A stretch of DNA of 64,000 nucleotides from an uncultured Candidatus Saccharibacteria bacterium (GTDB lineage Bacteria > Patescibacteriota > Andersenbacteria > UBA10190), in assembly GCA_964443125.1 (NCBI GenBank), contig CAYUBL010000002.1, positions 35,243 to 99,242 of the forward strand, in the 5' to 3' direction. Of this stretch, positions 30,525 through 39,793 are shown piece after piece. How positions within the stretch are numbered: the stretch's first letter is position 1; the number at the start of each line of letters is the position of its first letter. Under the pieces are notes generated by a model that saw only the letters and a list, made by a program, of their open reading frames with translations, searched no databases and had not been told where the DNA came from. The position numbers and the translations under genes are program-made.

Positions 30525-31109
30525 ATGATCACAATGGAACAAATTAAAGAACTGCGGAGCCGGACTGGCGCCGGAGTTGTGGACGCAAAGCAGGCGCTCA
30601 CGGAATCTTCCGGAGACGTCGAGAAGGCGATTACCTGGCTTCGAGAAAAGGGAAAGGCGACGGTTGCCAAGAAGTCCAGCCGCGAAACGAACGAGGGCAT
30701 CGTAGGATACTACATCCATAGCAATAAGAAGCTCGGCGTTCTCGTCTCCTTGGTATGCGAGACGGATTTTGTGGCGCGCAATGAGAAATTCCAAGAGCTT
30801 GCGCAAAACATCGCGATGCACATCGCCGCAAGCGATCCGCTCGTCGTACGTCCGGAAGATGTTTCCGAAGAAGAGGTGGAAAAGGAGCGTCAATTCGCGC
30901 TTAAGCAGCTCGAGCAAGAAGGAAAGCCCGCGGAAATTCGGGAAAAAATCGTTGAGGGCAAACTGAAGAAGTTCCGAGAAGAGCGCGCGCTCATGACCCA
31001 GCCATACATTAAAAATCCCAAGCAGACGATCGCGGAGTTGATCACGGAATCAGTTCAAGAAATCGGAGAAAATATCTCAGTAAAGGAATTTACTCGCCTG
31101 AGCATCTAA
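30525..31109 (+). CDS. tsf: Elongation factor Ts (short form)
   Basis: N-terminal UBA-like segment (IKELRSRTGAGVVDAKQAL) and TDFVARNEKF. Confidence 0.9.
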   Translation: MITMEQIKELRSRTGAGVVDAKQALTESSGDVEKAITWLREKGKATVAKKSSRETNEGIVGYYIHSNKKLGVLVSLVCETDFVARNEKFQELAQNIAMHIAASDPLVVRPEDVSEEEVEKERQFALKQLEQEGKPAEIREKIVEGKLKKFREERALMTQPYIKNPKQTIAELITESVQEIGENISVKEFTRLSI

Positions 31110-31137
31110 AAAAGGGGATAAGTCGGGGCAAGTACTC

Positions 31138-32268
31138 TTGGCGAGAAGTGCCCCAATTGGTACGATATGCACAGGCCTCATGTTATACGATGTATTACCA
31201 CCGCTAGTACTGTTCATATCCTTTGGGGGTATCATCGCACTCGTATCTCGGGTGATCATGAGAATGAAGCATGTACAGTTTTCCCGGGAGCTCCAAGCGG
31301 AAGCCGTTTCGGCAAAGCCAATTCATGAAAATTCTCTTTTGCGGCCAAACCGCAAAGGCGTTTCTGTTGCAAAGAATCGGATTTCTCACATGGTAACAAG
31401 CGCGCGGCAGGGAGTCGTTGCAATGAAAGACAGGAGAGAGGCGCGAAAACGCGAAAAGGAAGAGCAGGCAATGCAACCGGTGAAGAGTGTAGCAAAAACG
31501 CTCGAGAGCGCTACTCTGCCAGCTCCTGCCGCGCAACCCGGCATCGCCGTTCCCAATCGAAAAATCCAGCTTCCGGAATTTGGATTTCAGGATAAAGTCG
31601 CCATGCTCGCGCAAAAAGGGAAGCGAGGAATTTCAGTCTTGCAGAAAGGGATTGCAAACCGAATGCCGGACGTTCAAAAGCTGAAAGAGAAAATGCCGGT
31701 ACGCGTAACGCTTGAAGATGAACCGAAGCCGAAGTCCAGTCCGATGATCCGGCTTGTTCGCCATAGCGAACCTGTGACGCAGGAGGAAGAGCAAGCAAAA
31801 GACCAACAATCGGTGAAAAAGAATGGCATCATGTCCCATATGCTCCGTCGCGATACGGAAAAAACTCCGAACGAAAAAGCCGCAGATGCGATAGAAAAGA
31901 AGCAGTACGAGCAGGCGGAAGATATTTTGATTGCTCACATTATGAAGCATTCTTCCGATACGGATGCATATATGATGCTCGGGCGCGCCGCAATCGGAAA
32001 AGAAGCGTGGGAAGAGGCCATCGAGATATTCCAGCAGGTTATTAAACTCGACAGCACGATTGTTGACGCATATGCAGAGCTCGGACATGCCGCGCTCAAT
32101 GCGGGGAAGTTCACGCTGGCAATCCAATCGCTCCAGCATGCTCGCGATATGGACGCGAAGAATATCCGCATCCGAGAGGAGTTGCTGTTTATCGCGCGCC
32201 GCATGGATAACAAGGTGGTGGAAAAGGGCGTGTTGGAAGAGCTTGCAGAGCTCAAGCAGGAAGCATAA
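31138..32268 (+). CDS. Membrane-anchored TPR-repeat protein
   Basis: N-terminal TM, a charged linker and at least three C-terminal TPR-like repeats. Confidence 0.6.
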   Translation: MARSAPIGTICTGLMLYDVLPPLVLFISFGGIIALVSRVIMRMKHVQFSRELQAEAVSAKPIHENSLLRPNRKGVSVAKNRISHMVTSARQGVVAMKDRREARKREKEEQAMQPVKSVAKTLESATLPAPAAQPGIAVPNRKIQLPEFGFQDKVAMLAQKGKRGISVLQKGIANRMPDVQKLKEKMPVRVTLEDEPKPKSSPMIRLVRHSEPVTQEEEQAKDQQSVKKNGIMSHMLRRDTEKTPNEKAADAIEKKQYEQAEDILIAHIMKHSSDTDAYMMLGRAAIGKEAWEEAIEIFQQVIKLDSTIVDAYAELGHAALNAGKFTLAIQSLQHARDMDAKNIRIREELLFIARRMDNKVVEKGVLEELAELKQEA

Positions 32269-32390
32269 AATGCCCGTCCTTGCATACACGCCCTCTGTCG
32301 TATCATGGCGCTTGATAGCCTGCAAGAAAAAGGGGTATGGTAAAGACCGGAAGGGTCACACGCACATTCTCAACTTGGGGGGAGGAAAGA

Positions 32391-32756
32391 ATGGCAAGAT
32401 ATCCAGTGGCGACGTTTGGCGAATTTTTCGATACGTCATACAGAAGGGCAATGCCGGAGGGGCAGTGGCTGCTCTACGAGTGGCAAAAACGCCTCCTTGT
32501 GTATAACAAGGATTGGCTGCCGAAGCTGATGCGCATGACGCTTGCGGAAGATTTGGTATGGTCCTTTTATTGTGATGTCGCGTCCTTGAGCAAGCTTCGG
32601 GTTAAGGAGTGCAAAGGGAAAGCACGCAAAGACGCGCAGAAAAGCGGAACGGAGCTTCTGTGGGAAATTCGGCGGATTGCGCGCTCGTTCGGCGTACCGA
32701 TCAATTGGGACTTGGCCGCCCCGAAGCCTGCATGGGAAACAGTCCATGCGGGGTAG
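32391..32756 (+). CDS. Hypothetical protein
   Basis: Start at the ATG preceded by GGAGGAAAGA (ORF track begins at 32337). Confidence 0.45.
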   Translation: MARYPVATFGEFFDTSYRRAMPEGQWLLYEWQKRLLVYNKDWLPKLMRMTLAEDLVWSFYCDVASLSKLRVKECKGKARKDAQKSGTELLWEIRRIARSFGVPINWDLAAPKPAWETVHAG

Positions 32757-32955
32757 AGAGGTTCTTTATGGAGGCAGTATCGCCGCACAGCAATCGTGCT
32801 TGTGCGGCTTTTTGATGGAAAAACAGGATGGGATGCATCTGGAAGGTTTGGCATGGTAGATAAGGGAGAGATGCCTACGTAAAAGATATTGACTTTAAAA
32901 CGTTTTTATTTTATGATGCTTAGTCCTTCTGAGGGGCAATTACCATTGGTATTAT

Positions 32956-33975
32956 ATGAAAATATCGGTCCTAATCCCGTGTCATAATGAGGAAAAATCC
33001 CTCTATGCATGCCTAGAGTCCTGTATGCGTCAAACTCGTCCCGTAGACGAGATTGTTGTCGTGGACGATGGCAGTGTGGATCGCAGCAGGGAGATACTCG
33101 AATACTTCGGCGATCGCATCACGATCGTATCTACCGGCTTGGCAACCGGCAGTAAGAGCCGTGCGCAAGAAGCGGGCATGCCGTACATAACGGGAGATAT
33201 TGTTATTGCAACCGATGCAGATACGATACTTGATAGGCGGTTTGTTGAATACATCGAACAAGATTTCCAGGATCCTGAAGTGATGGCGGTGTCGGGATAT
33301 GTAAAAAGCATTCCGTACAACTGGCTCACCGCATGCCGAGAAATCGATTATACGTTTGCCCAAAAAGTCCACAAGCACGCGCAGGCGTACATGAATTTTC
33401 TTACTATTATCCCCGGATGTGCGGCTGCATATCGCACCAGTATTTTCTCCGACATGATCGTATTCGACCACGATACGCTTACGGAGGATTTGGATCTTAC
33501 ATACAAACTGCATGAACAAGGTCTGCGGCTGCTGTTCGATGAGCGGGCAATCGTACATACGCAAGACCCTTCCGATTTGCCTTCCTATTGGAGGCAGATG
33601 CAGAGATGGTATGCCGGCGGATGGCAGAATCTGGTGAAGCATAAGAAGCTGGCAAAGTCTCCTGTTGCAGCGCTTGAACTCTCGCTGCTTTACCTAGAAG
33701 GCATTGTGCTTCCGCTCGTGCTGATCGCCTTGCCCCTGCTCAATGTTGCGTACTTTCTGGAGTACTTGTTTGCATATGTGTTTGTCGCATATGTGATTGC
33801 CGCATTCGCAGCATTTGTAAATCGGCGTCCGTCATTGGTACTGTATGCTCCATACTATCTGGTAATCGTCGGCATGAACGCTTTCTTGTTTATCCGAGAA
33901 TTCCTTGCCGAAGTGATACTGCGCCAGCGGAAAATGGTGTGGCTGCGGACGGAAAGGAGAGAGGTCACCATATGA
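32956..33975 (+). CDS. Processive family-2 glycosyltransferase (PgaC/IcaA/NodC/chitin-synthase-like)
   Basis: GT2 motifs (DDGSVD, ATDADT) and the Q(R/Q)xRW signature (QMQRW), plus four C-terminal TM helices. TTGACT-17-TATGAT promoter at 32891-32919. Confidence 0.8.
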   Translation: MKISVLIPCHNEEKSLYACLESCMRQTRPVDEIVVVDDGSVDRSREILEYFGDRITIVSTGLATGSKSRAQEAGMPYITGDIVIATDADTILDRRFVEYIEQDFQDPEVMAVSGYVKSIPYNWLTACREIDYTFAQKVHKHAQAYMNFLTIIPGCAAAYRTSIFSDMIVFDHDTLTEDLDLTYKLHEQGLRLLFDERAIVHTQDPSDLPSYWRQMQRWYAGGWQNLVKHKKLAKSPVAALELSLLYLEGIVLPLVLIALPLLNVAYFLEYLFAYVFVAYVIAAFAAFVNRRPSLVLYAPYYLVIVGMNAFLFIREFLAEVILRQRKMVWLRTERREVTI

Positions 33976-35177
33976 TCGTGCCGATTATGGGGGTTACAAC
34001 GATTATTCATGTGGCAGTGATCGGGACGGGGCGCCTGCTGCGCGCATTGGATGCGAAATCGAAGATGGCCTATGTTACCATCGCCGTTATTGCGCTGTTT
34101 ATCAGCGCGAGCGTTGCCAGCATCGTGCAGGGAGCGCTCATGGACGGAAATGCGAATCATCGGCTGGTAGGCGAGCTTGTCCCCTGTGTTCCGTTCGAAA
34201 AAAAGGCGGCGCACAACAAGGTGGTGCTGCGGATTGATGATATCCAGGCGCATGCGTACACGGATATACAGATTCGCATGATGAGCGATGCGTTCAATCA
34301 AAGCATACCATTGGTACTTGGCGTGATCCCGTATGCCATAGCGGAGGATGTGCGGATGGTCCGGTTCTTGCGGGAACATGAATGCCATGCCGAGATCGCC
34401 CAGCATGGATGGGACCATAATTATGAAAACGGATCCGAGACGCCGGAGTTCGGCAATGTATCGGAAGAAGAAGCATACACGCTCATAACGCGGGGGAAAG
34501 AGTTATTGCAAGAAGTAACAGACCAGCCGGTAGTGACGTTTATCCCGCCGAACAATAGAGCATCCCGGGGGACTCTCCAGGCGCTTATGCGGACAGGTAC
34601 CTTGGTAAATTCGGCAACCGGAACGGGGGAATTTGATTATGACGCAAAGACGTACGACTTTATCCGGTCTCGGTTCATACCGGCATCCGAAGTGCTTGCA
34701 GAGTGCGATTTGCATTTCGCGAAAGACGGATTGTGTATCATTATGATTCACCCGCAAGATTACATGCAAAACGGAGCGTTTGATGAAGAAAAATATCAGC
34801 AATACAAAGATCTGATTGCCGGGCTTAAGAAGCGAAATGTCTCGTTCGTGACGATGAGGGATATCGTGGATGCAGAGGGGCGCCGCAACTTGTCGGACGG
34901 ACGCCTGCCGATTATGCAAGATAGGGTGTGTAAGAATGCGATTGCTTCACAGATTATTCCGGGGGCGCAAAACAATCCTTCGGACGTTGCTATTTTGCAG
35001 GCTGCACTTAAGCGGTACGCTGGATTCCCGGATCTCCCGCTCAGCGGAGTCTATGACACTCCAACGCAGGAAGCCGTTGCCGCATACCAAATGAGCATCG
35101 GCAACCTGCTTTCTCCTCGCGCAATCGGCAACAAACTCCTTTGCGAGAAAAAAGAACCCCCGCGGACGAATCCGTAG
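33972..35177 (+). CDS. Polysaccharide deacetylase-like protein with C-terminal peptidoglycan-binding repeat
   Basis: ATGA overlap with the GT2 stop. N-terminal TM; deacetylase-type metal motifs (RIDDI ... HGWDH). C-terminal PG_binding_1-like segment. Confidence 0.65.
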   Translation: MIVPIMGVTTIIHVAVIGTGRLLRALDAKSKMAYVTIAVIALFISASVASIVQGALMDGNANHRLVGELVPCVPFEKKAAHNKVVLRIDDIQAHAYTDIQIRMMSDAFNQSIPLVLGVIPYAIAEDVRMVRFLREHECHAEIAQHGWDHNYENGSETPEFGNVSEEEAYTLITRGKELLQEVTDQPVVTFIPPNNRASRGTLQALMRTGTLVNSATGTGEFDYDAKTYDFIRSRFIPASEVLAECDLHFAKDGLCIIMIHPQDYMQNGAFDEEKYQQYKDLIAGLKKRNVSFVTMRDIVDAEGRRNLSDGRLPIMQDRVCKNAIASQIIPGAQNNPSDVAILQAALKRYAGFPDLPLSGVYDTPTQEAVAAYQMSIGNLLSPRAIGNKLLCEKKEPPRTNP

Positions 35178-35196
35178 GGGGTGGGAGAGAGGTATG

Positions 35197-35415
35197 CTAT
35201 CCATCCATCTGCATTCCTGAAGGACGATCGAGTAACCACTGCACTTGCTTTTCCAGAGCCTCAACGCGCTCTTCCAGTGTGAGTTTGGGCTTTGGCGGGG
35301 TAGCGGCCGATTCCGGCTCGTTCTTCTTCTTACATTCAGGGCACAGAGACTCATACCTGTCTACTGTGTAGCTAAACGGTTTGCCACATTTGGGGCAATT
35401 GTCTACTACTGCCAT
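35197..35415 (-). CDS. Small zinc-ribbon protein
   Basis: CPKCG...CPEC. GGAGA lies 8 nt upstream of the chosen ATG. Confidence 0.5.
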   Translation of the reverse strand: MAVVDNCPKCGKPFSYTVDRYESLCPECKKKNEPESAATPPKPKLTLEERVEALEKQVQWLLDRPSGMQMDG

Positions 35416-35449
35416 GCTGTTTCTCCGTAAAAAGGACGGGAACATTATT

Positions 35450-35525
35450 TGGTCCAGCGGGTAGGAGTCGAACCTACCTAAACGGGTTTTACAGACCCGC
35501 GCATCAGCCGCTCTGCCACCGCTGG
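35450..35525 (-). tRNA. tRNA-Tyr (GTA), archaeal/eukaryal-type
   Basis: 76 nt. C1:G72 pair, A73, anticodon GTA, short 5-nt variable arm; CCA encoded. Confidence 0.85.
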
Positions 35526-35526
35526 A

Positions 35527-35601
35527 TGGAGCCAGCTGTCGGGATCGAACCGACGACCTATTGTTTACAAAACAATTGCTCTACCACTGAGCTAAGCTGG
35601 C
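35527..35601 (-). tRNA. tRNA-Thr (TGT)
   Basis: 75 nt with anticodon loop TTTGTAA; CCA encoded. Lies 1 nt from tRNA-Tyr. Confidence 0.85.
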
Positions 35602-35631
35602 GTATCTTTATAAAATGTATACTATGAATAT

Positions 35632-36702
35632 ATGACAGAAAAACAGGAAATAATCAACCGTTTAACGAATAATCTTGCCGAGGTGATTACCGAAGAAGAG
35701 TTGCGATCTCGCCTGGAATCCGGGGAACAGCTCACTCATTACATTGGGTTTGAAATTTCCGGCTACGTGCATATCGGCCAGGGGATCATGAGCGCGCTGG
35801 TTATCAAGGATCTGCAAGCGCTCGGCGTACAGTGCACTATTTGGCTGGCAGACTGGCATACCGCAATCAATGGAAAGCTGGACGGTACGAAAGAAACGGC
35901 GGCAAAAATCGGCAAGGGATATTTTACGGAAGCGATGAAAGCATGTCTGTTGTCGGTCGGCGCCGATGCCGACGCGGTTGAGTTCCGTTTGGCGAGCGAT
36001 TGGTATAAACAAAACGAAGGAAGCTACTGGGATACGGTAATGAATGTCTTAAAGAACACAAGCATTGCACGACTGCAAAGGAGTATCAGTATTATGGGCA
36101 AGCAGGCAGGGGAAGATGTCGATGGCGCAACCATTATGTATCCGGCTATGCAAGTTGCCGATATATTTTTCCAAGACATCACAGTTGCGCATGCGAGCAT
36201 GGATCAGCGCAAAGCGCATGTCGTCATGCGAGATACGGCGGAAAAAGTGATGCCGGGGAAACCCAAGCCGGTGGCGCTGCATCACGCGCTGATCGACAGT
36301 CTTTCCGGAGAAAACAAGATGAGCAAATCCAAGCCTGATACGGCCGTATTCGTGCACGACAGCGAAGAAGAGATAGCTCGCAAAATCAAAAAAGCCTTTT
36401 GCGAAGAAAAGAATATCGAAAAAAACCCCATTCTCAACTGGACGAAAAACATATTGTTTTGGTCGCGCACAAAACCGTTTGTCATCGAACGGAAGCCGGA
36501 GCACGGCGGGGATGCATCATTTGATTCGTATGAAAACCTGGAAACGGCATATGCAAACGGCGACGTGCATCCGATGGACTTGAAGGCGGCAGTTGTTAAG
36601 GAAATTACTGCGCTGCTTGCACCCGCGCGGGAGCATTTTGCAAATCCTGAAATCGCCGCGTTCAAACAGGAATTGGATACCGTTATTGCAAAACGTACAT
36701 AA
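35632..36702 (+). CDS. tyrS: Tyrosine--tRNA ligase, archaeal/eukaryal type
   Basis: HIGH-region YIGFEISGYVHIGQG and KMSKS. Also matches the archaeal enzyme at EVITEEELR, MYPAMQVADI and HPMDLKAAV. No bacterial C-terminal S4 domain. Confidence 0.85.
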   Translation: MTEKQEIINRLTNNLAEVITEEELRSRLESGEQLTHYIGFEISGYVHIGQGIMSALVIKDLQALGVQCTIWLADWHTAINGKLDGTKETAAKIGKGYFTEAMKACLLSVGADADAVEFRLASDWYKQNEGSYWDTVMNVLKNTSIARLQRSISIMGKQAGEDVDGATIMYPAMQVADIFFQDITVAHASMDQRKAHVVMRDTAEKVMPGKPKPVALHHALIDSLSGENKMSKSKPDTAVFVHDSEEEIARKIKKAFCEEKNIEKNPILNWTKNILFWSRTKPFVIERKPEHGGDASFDSYENLETAYANGDVHPMDLKAAVVKEITALLAPAREHFANPEIAAFKQELDTVIAKRT

Positions 36703-36722
36703 GCCCGTACACTGAGTTCATT

Positions 36723-36794
36723 GCCGATGTAGCTCAGTGGTAGAGCATTTCCATGGTAAGGAAAAGGTCGTGGGTCCGATTCCCACCATCGGCT
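36723..36794 (+). tRNA. tRNA-Thr (GGT)
   Basis: Acceptor GCCGATG/CATCGGC, anticodon loop ATGGTAA, T-arm GGTCCGATTCC. Confidence 0.85.
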
Positions 36795-36831
36795 CATTTC
36801 GTGATCCGACCTTGCTCGGCGCAGTCCGCGC

Positions 36832-38346
36832 TTGATGTACAATAGAAAGATGGCTTTTCTTTTTCGCCGGATGCTGATGTGGATCCTGCTGGCGCTCATC
36901 ATCGCGGGCGCGTATTTCTATTTCTTTGTGGAGCAGCAAGGACCTGAGAGCCGGGAGCCCAATCCTCAGGTGCTGCAGGCGGTGCATCGGGAAATCCCCG
37001 CAATTCATGCACTGGTGGTTCAAGAGGACGGCGATGCCGGCAATCGCCGCATGGTACAGTGCGAGGCGGGCAAGTGCTCCGTCCGTCGAGCGCCGGAATC
37101 AATCGAGGGGGAAGCGCTGTTCGATGGAGAGAACTGGTATCGCTATGCAAATGCGGGAGATGAAGCAAGGAAGCGGATCGTACTTGAACGAATAGATTCA
37201 TCCGGAGCCGCGCATACTATAACGGAAGAAAACATATTGGTACGCCCGCGCGATATGATTATCAGCGTGGATGGTGGAAAGCTGGCATACTTCCTCGACA
37301 ATATCAGCGATGCGAAAGGGCTAACGGAGCTGTGGGTATACGATAGCAAAGAGGGAGGCACTCGAGTGGTTGCGGAAAAGCTGACGAAGAACAATATTGC
37401 ATCTCCCGTCCGATGGAATGCGTCTTCCCGCGTGGCGTGGTTTTTACAAGAAGAAAAAAAGAAGCAGCTTACCGTTGTCCGCATGCATGGCGCAACGGCT
37501 GCAGCGGGCTTTGCGCATGTTGATTGGAATATTCATGCAAAAGCGGCGGAGAGCGGCGCAATGGATATCAATGATGACGCAACGCTGGTAGCATTTGCGG
37601 AAGAGTCGAGCGGGCCTGTTTCCAAGCTGTTTGTTGCCAAGGAGGGCGGAGGAATGATCCAAAAGTCCGTGAAAGGCACCGTCGTGTTTCTCCAATGGAC
37701 GCAGGGCGACTCGCTCGTGTACGCAGTACAGGACGGGGGAGATATATCCTTCTGGATGGCAAATACGGAAAAGGAGTGGCCGATTACCCGCATGGCAGCA
37801 ACGTTTGAGTCCGCTCGAAGCGTACATGCGTCGCAGGGGAAAAGCTTGGCGTTTGTTGCGAGTCCGCGGAATGGCGAGACCCATGTATACGTATTGCAAA
37901 TTGAAAGCGGGAATATAAAAGATGAAGCGATTGTCCCGCAATTCGCCGGACGGACGCATCTCGTACAAGCGTCGGCAAGCAATTCGGGGGCGGCGTTTGC
38001 GCAATTCGCCGAGCATGCTATTTCCGATAGCGAGCTGATTGCATTCATAGAGCAGCATATTCAGGAGATTTCCGGCCAGCAGTCGGCGCGGCTCACGCGT
38101 ATTTTGGTGACCGATGCTTTGCATACCTGCCTCGTAGATTATGTTGACGATGCCGGGCAAGAGCAGCGCATCCAGGTGGCAATTATGGATATTTTGCACC
38201 CGGAATGGCGGGTATTGGGGCGGTATACGGTCGTAAACGGCAAGTGGATCCGCTCGGAAGAGGGGGCGGGAAGAGAGCCTGGAGTTGTTCGATTATATGA
38301 ATGGGAAGAAGCGCTTTCCCAGTGGATTTTGAAAAATACGTTCTAA
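36832..38346 (+). CDS. Hypothetical membrane-anchored protein (beta-propeller-like ectodomain)
   Basis: N-terminal TM and a long beta-rich body. No catalytic motif. Alternative start at 36850. Confidence 0.5.
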   Translation: MMYNRKMAFLFRRMLMWILLALIIAGAYFYFFVEQQGPESREPNPQVLQAVHREIPAIHALVVQEDGDAGNRRMVQCEAGKCSVRRAPESIEGEALFDGENWYRYANAGDEARKRIVLERIDSSGAAHTITEENILVRPRDMIISVDGGKLAYFLDNISDAKGLTELWVYDSKEGGTRVVAEKLTKNNIASPVRWNASSRVAWFLQEEKKKQLTVVRMHGATAAAGFAHVDWNIHAKAAESGAMDINDDATLVAFAEESSGPVSKLFVAKEGGGMIQKSVKGTVVFLQWTQGDSLVYAVQDGGDISFWMANTEKEWPITRMAATFESARSVHASQGKSLAFVASPRNGETHVYVLQIESGNIKDEAIVPQFAGRTHLVQASASNSGAAFAQFAEHAISDSELIAFIEQHIQEISGQQSARLTRILVTDALHTCLVDYVDDAGQEQRIQVAIMDILHPEWRVLGRYTVVNGKWIRSEEGAGREPGVVRLYEWEEALSQWILKNTF

Positions 38347-38398
38347 ATTGGCTCTATTGAGCCAATTATAAATTCTGGGAAAAACGGACAAATAGCAC

Positions 38399-38428
38399 TT
38401 GACATTTTTCCCAATATTGTAGTACTAT
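38399..38428 (+). promoter_or_regulatory. Putative promoter (TTGACA-18-TACTAT) upstream of the first surface-protein gene
   Basis: Hexamers about 40 nt upstream of the 38467 start. Confidence 0.45.
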
Positions 38429-38466
38429 CACAGGTTAATCTTTAACCTAACTAATTAACGTACGCT

Positions 38467-39684
38467 ATGGTACAAGCAATGAGTCGAACACAAATACTGG
38501 GAACAATGCTGGTTGCACTTGCGGCAGTACTGTTTGCAGGCGTTGCGCCTGATGCAAACGCATCCGCTCCTGCAACGTTTAAATTCACCTATCAGCAGGA
38601 AATGGTGCATTTTCTCAACAGCTTGGGAAAATATCCATATATCAAGGCTGATTCGGTTCTCGGAAACAGCGAGAATGCGCAAAAGCTTTGCTATTTGAAG
38701 GGGTACGAAAAAGTGGCCGGATTTACGGTTCGCAAGTATTCGTCTCCATCAAATAACACGATCGCGTACTGGGATGGCCATGGATGGTCTACCAAGAACG
38801 CAGCAAAGCTGGGTAATCCCGGCCAGCTCGACACGCTGACGTGTTCGGATCCGTTTGGAGCGGCTATGCCAACTCCGACTCCGACGCCAAAACCAACACC
38901 GAAGCCAACTCCAAAACCAACACCGCATCCGACTCCAACTCCTACCCCTGAATCCAAGGACGTGATTATCACGATGTTGATTAATGGACAGGCAAAACCG
39001 GAGGGAATTGACGCAAATACTTCGTTTACCCTTTCATGGCATGCGAAGAATGCAAACTTCTGCAAAGCGTCTCGTGATTGGTCTGGAAACAAGCCGGTAT
39101 CCGGTTCCGTAGTTATTACGCCAACGGAAGGACGAACCTTCTCGTACCGGCTCGATTGCGGAAACACCAAGACCGGGGAGTCTGCGCACAAGACGATCAA
39201 TCTGACTGTCTTTGGCGAAGAGGAAACTCCTACGCCTACTCCGGAAGCAACTCCAACTCCGACTCCTACCCCAACTCCTGCAGTATTCGCAACATGCGTC
39301 AATGCTGACGGGAAGCTGATTGCGGTTACGATCGACTCGTTGGAAAACTGCAACGTAAACACGAACACGCAAACGATTAGCTTGAATATCGACAACAGCG
39401 CGAACAACAGCGCGAATAACAGTTCGAACAACAGCTCCGAAAACAAGGCTGTAGCTAACAACTCCGGCAACAGCAACAAAGTGAGCGTGAATCAGGAAGT
39501 TGATTCAGAAAAGCAAGGAAGGATCGCAGGAGCAGCTGCAATCCACACAGTTCGCCCAGTATCGGCTGTGCCGGTACCGGTAACTGCAAAGACCGGTGCG
39601 GGAGACATGGCAGCGCTTGCCTTCTCCACAATCTCCGGAGGAAGCGGACTTGCATACATCATCCGCAAAACCCTGCTCGGATAA
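38467..39684 (+). CDS. Secreted Pro/Thr-linker surface protein with C-terminal sorting-signal-like tail
   Basis: Signal peptide. A conserved ~95-aa N-terminal domain shared with the next gene. PTPTPKPTPKP linkers; an N/S-rich segment. Tail is VPVTAKTGAGD, then hydrophobic, then RKTLLG. Confidence 0.7.
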   Translation: MVQAMSRTQILGTMLVALAAVLFAGVAPDANASAPATFKFTYQQEMVHFLNSLGKYPYIKADSVLGNSENAQKLCYLKGYEKVAGFTVRKYSSPSNNTIAYWDGHGWSTKNAAKLGNPGQLDTLTCSDPFGAAMPTPTPTPKPTPKPTPKPTPHPTPTPTPESKDVIITMLINGQAKPEGIDANTSFTLSWHAKNANFCKASRDWSGNKPVSGSVVITPTEGRTFSYRLDCGNTKTGESAHKTINLTVFGEEETPTPTPEATPTPTPTPTPAVFATCVNADGKLIAVTIDSLENCNVNTNTQTISLNIDNSANNSANNSSNNSSENKAVANNSGNSNKVSVNQEVDSEKQGRIAGAAAIHTVRPVSAVPVPVTAKTGAGDMAALAFSTISGGSGLAYIIRKTLLG

Positions 39685-39793
39685 CAACGATTAAAGAGGA
39701 CATAGAAACCCCGCTTGCGCAAGCGGGGTTTCTGCTATACGGTGAACTGTTGGCCCTTTTATCTCTTTATTTACCCATAAGCATATTCATTCC

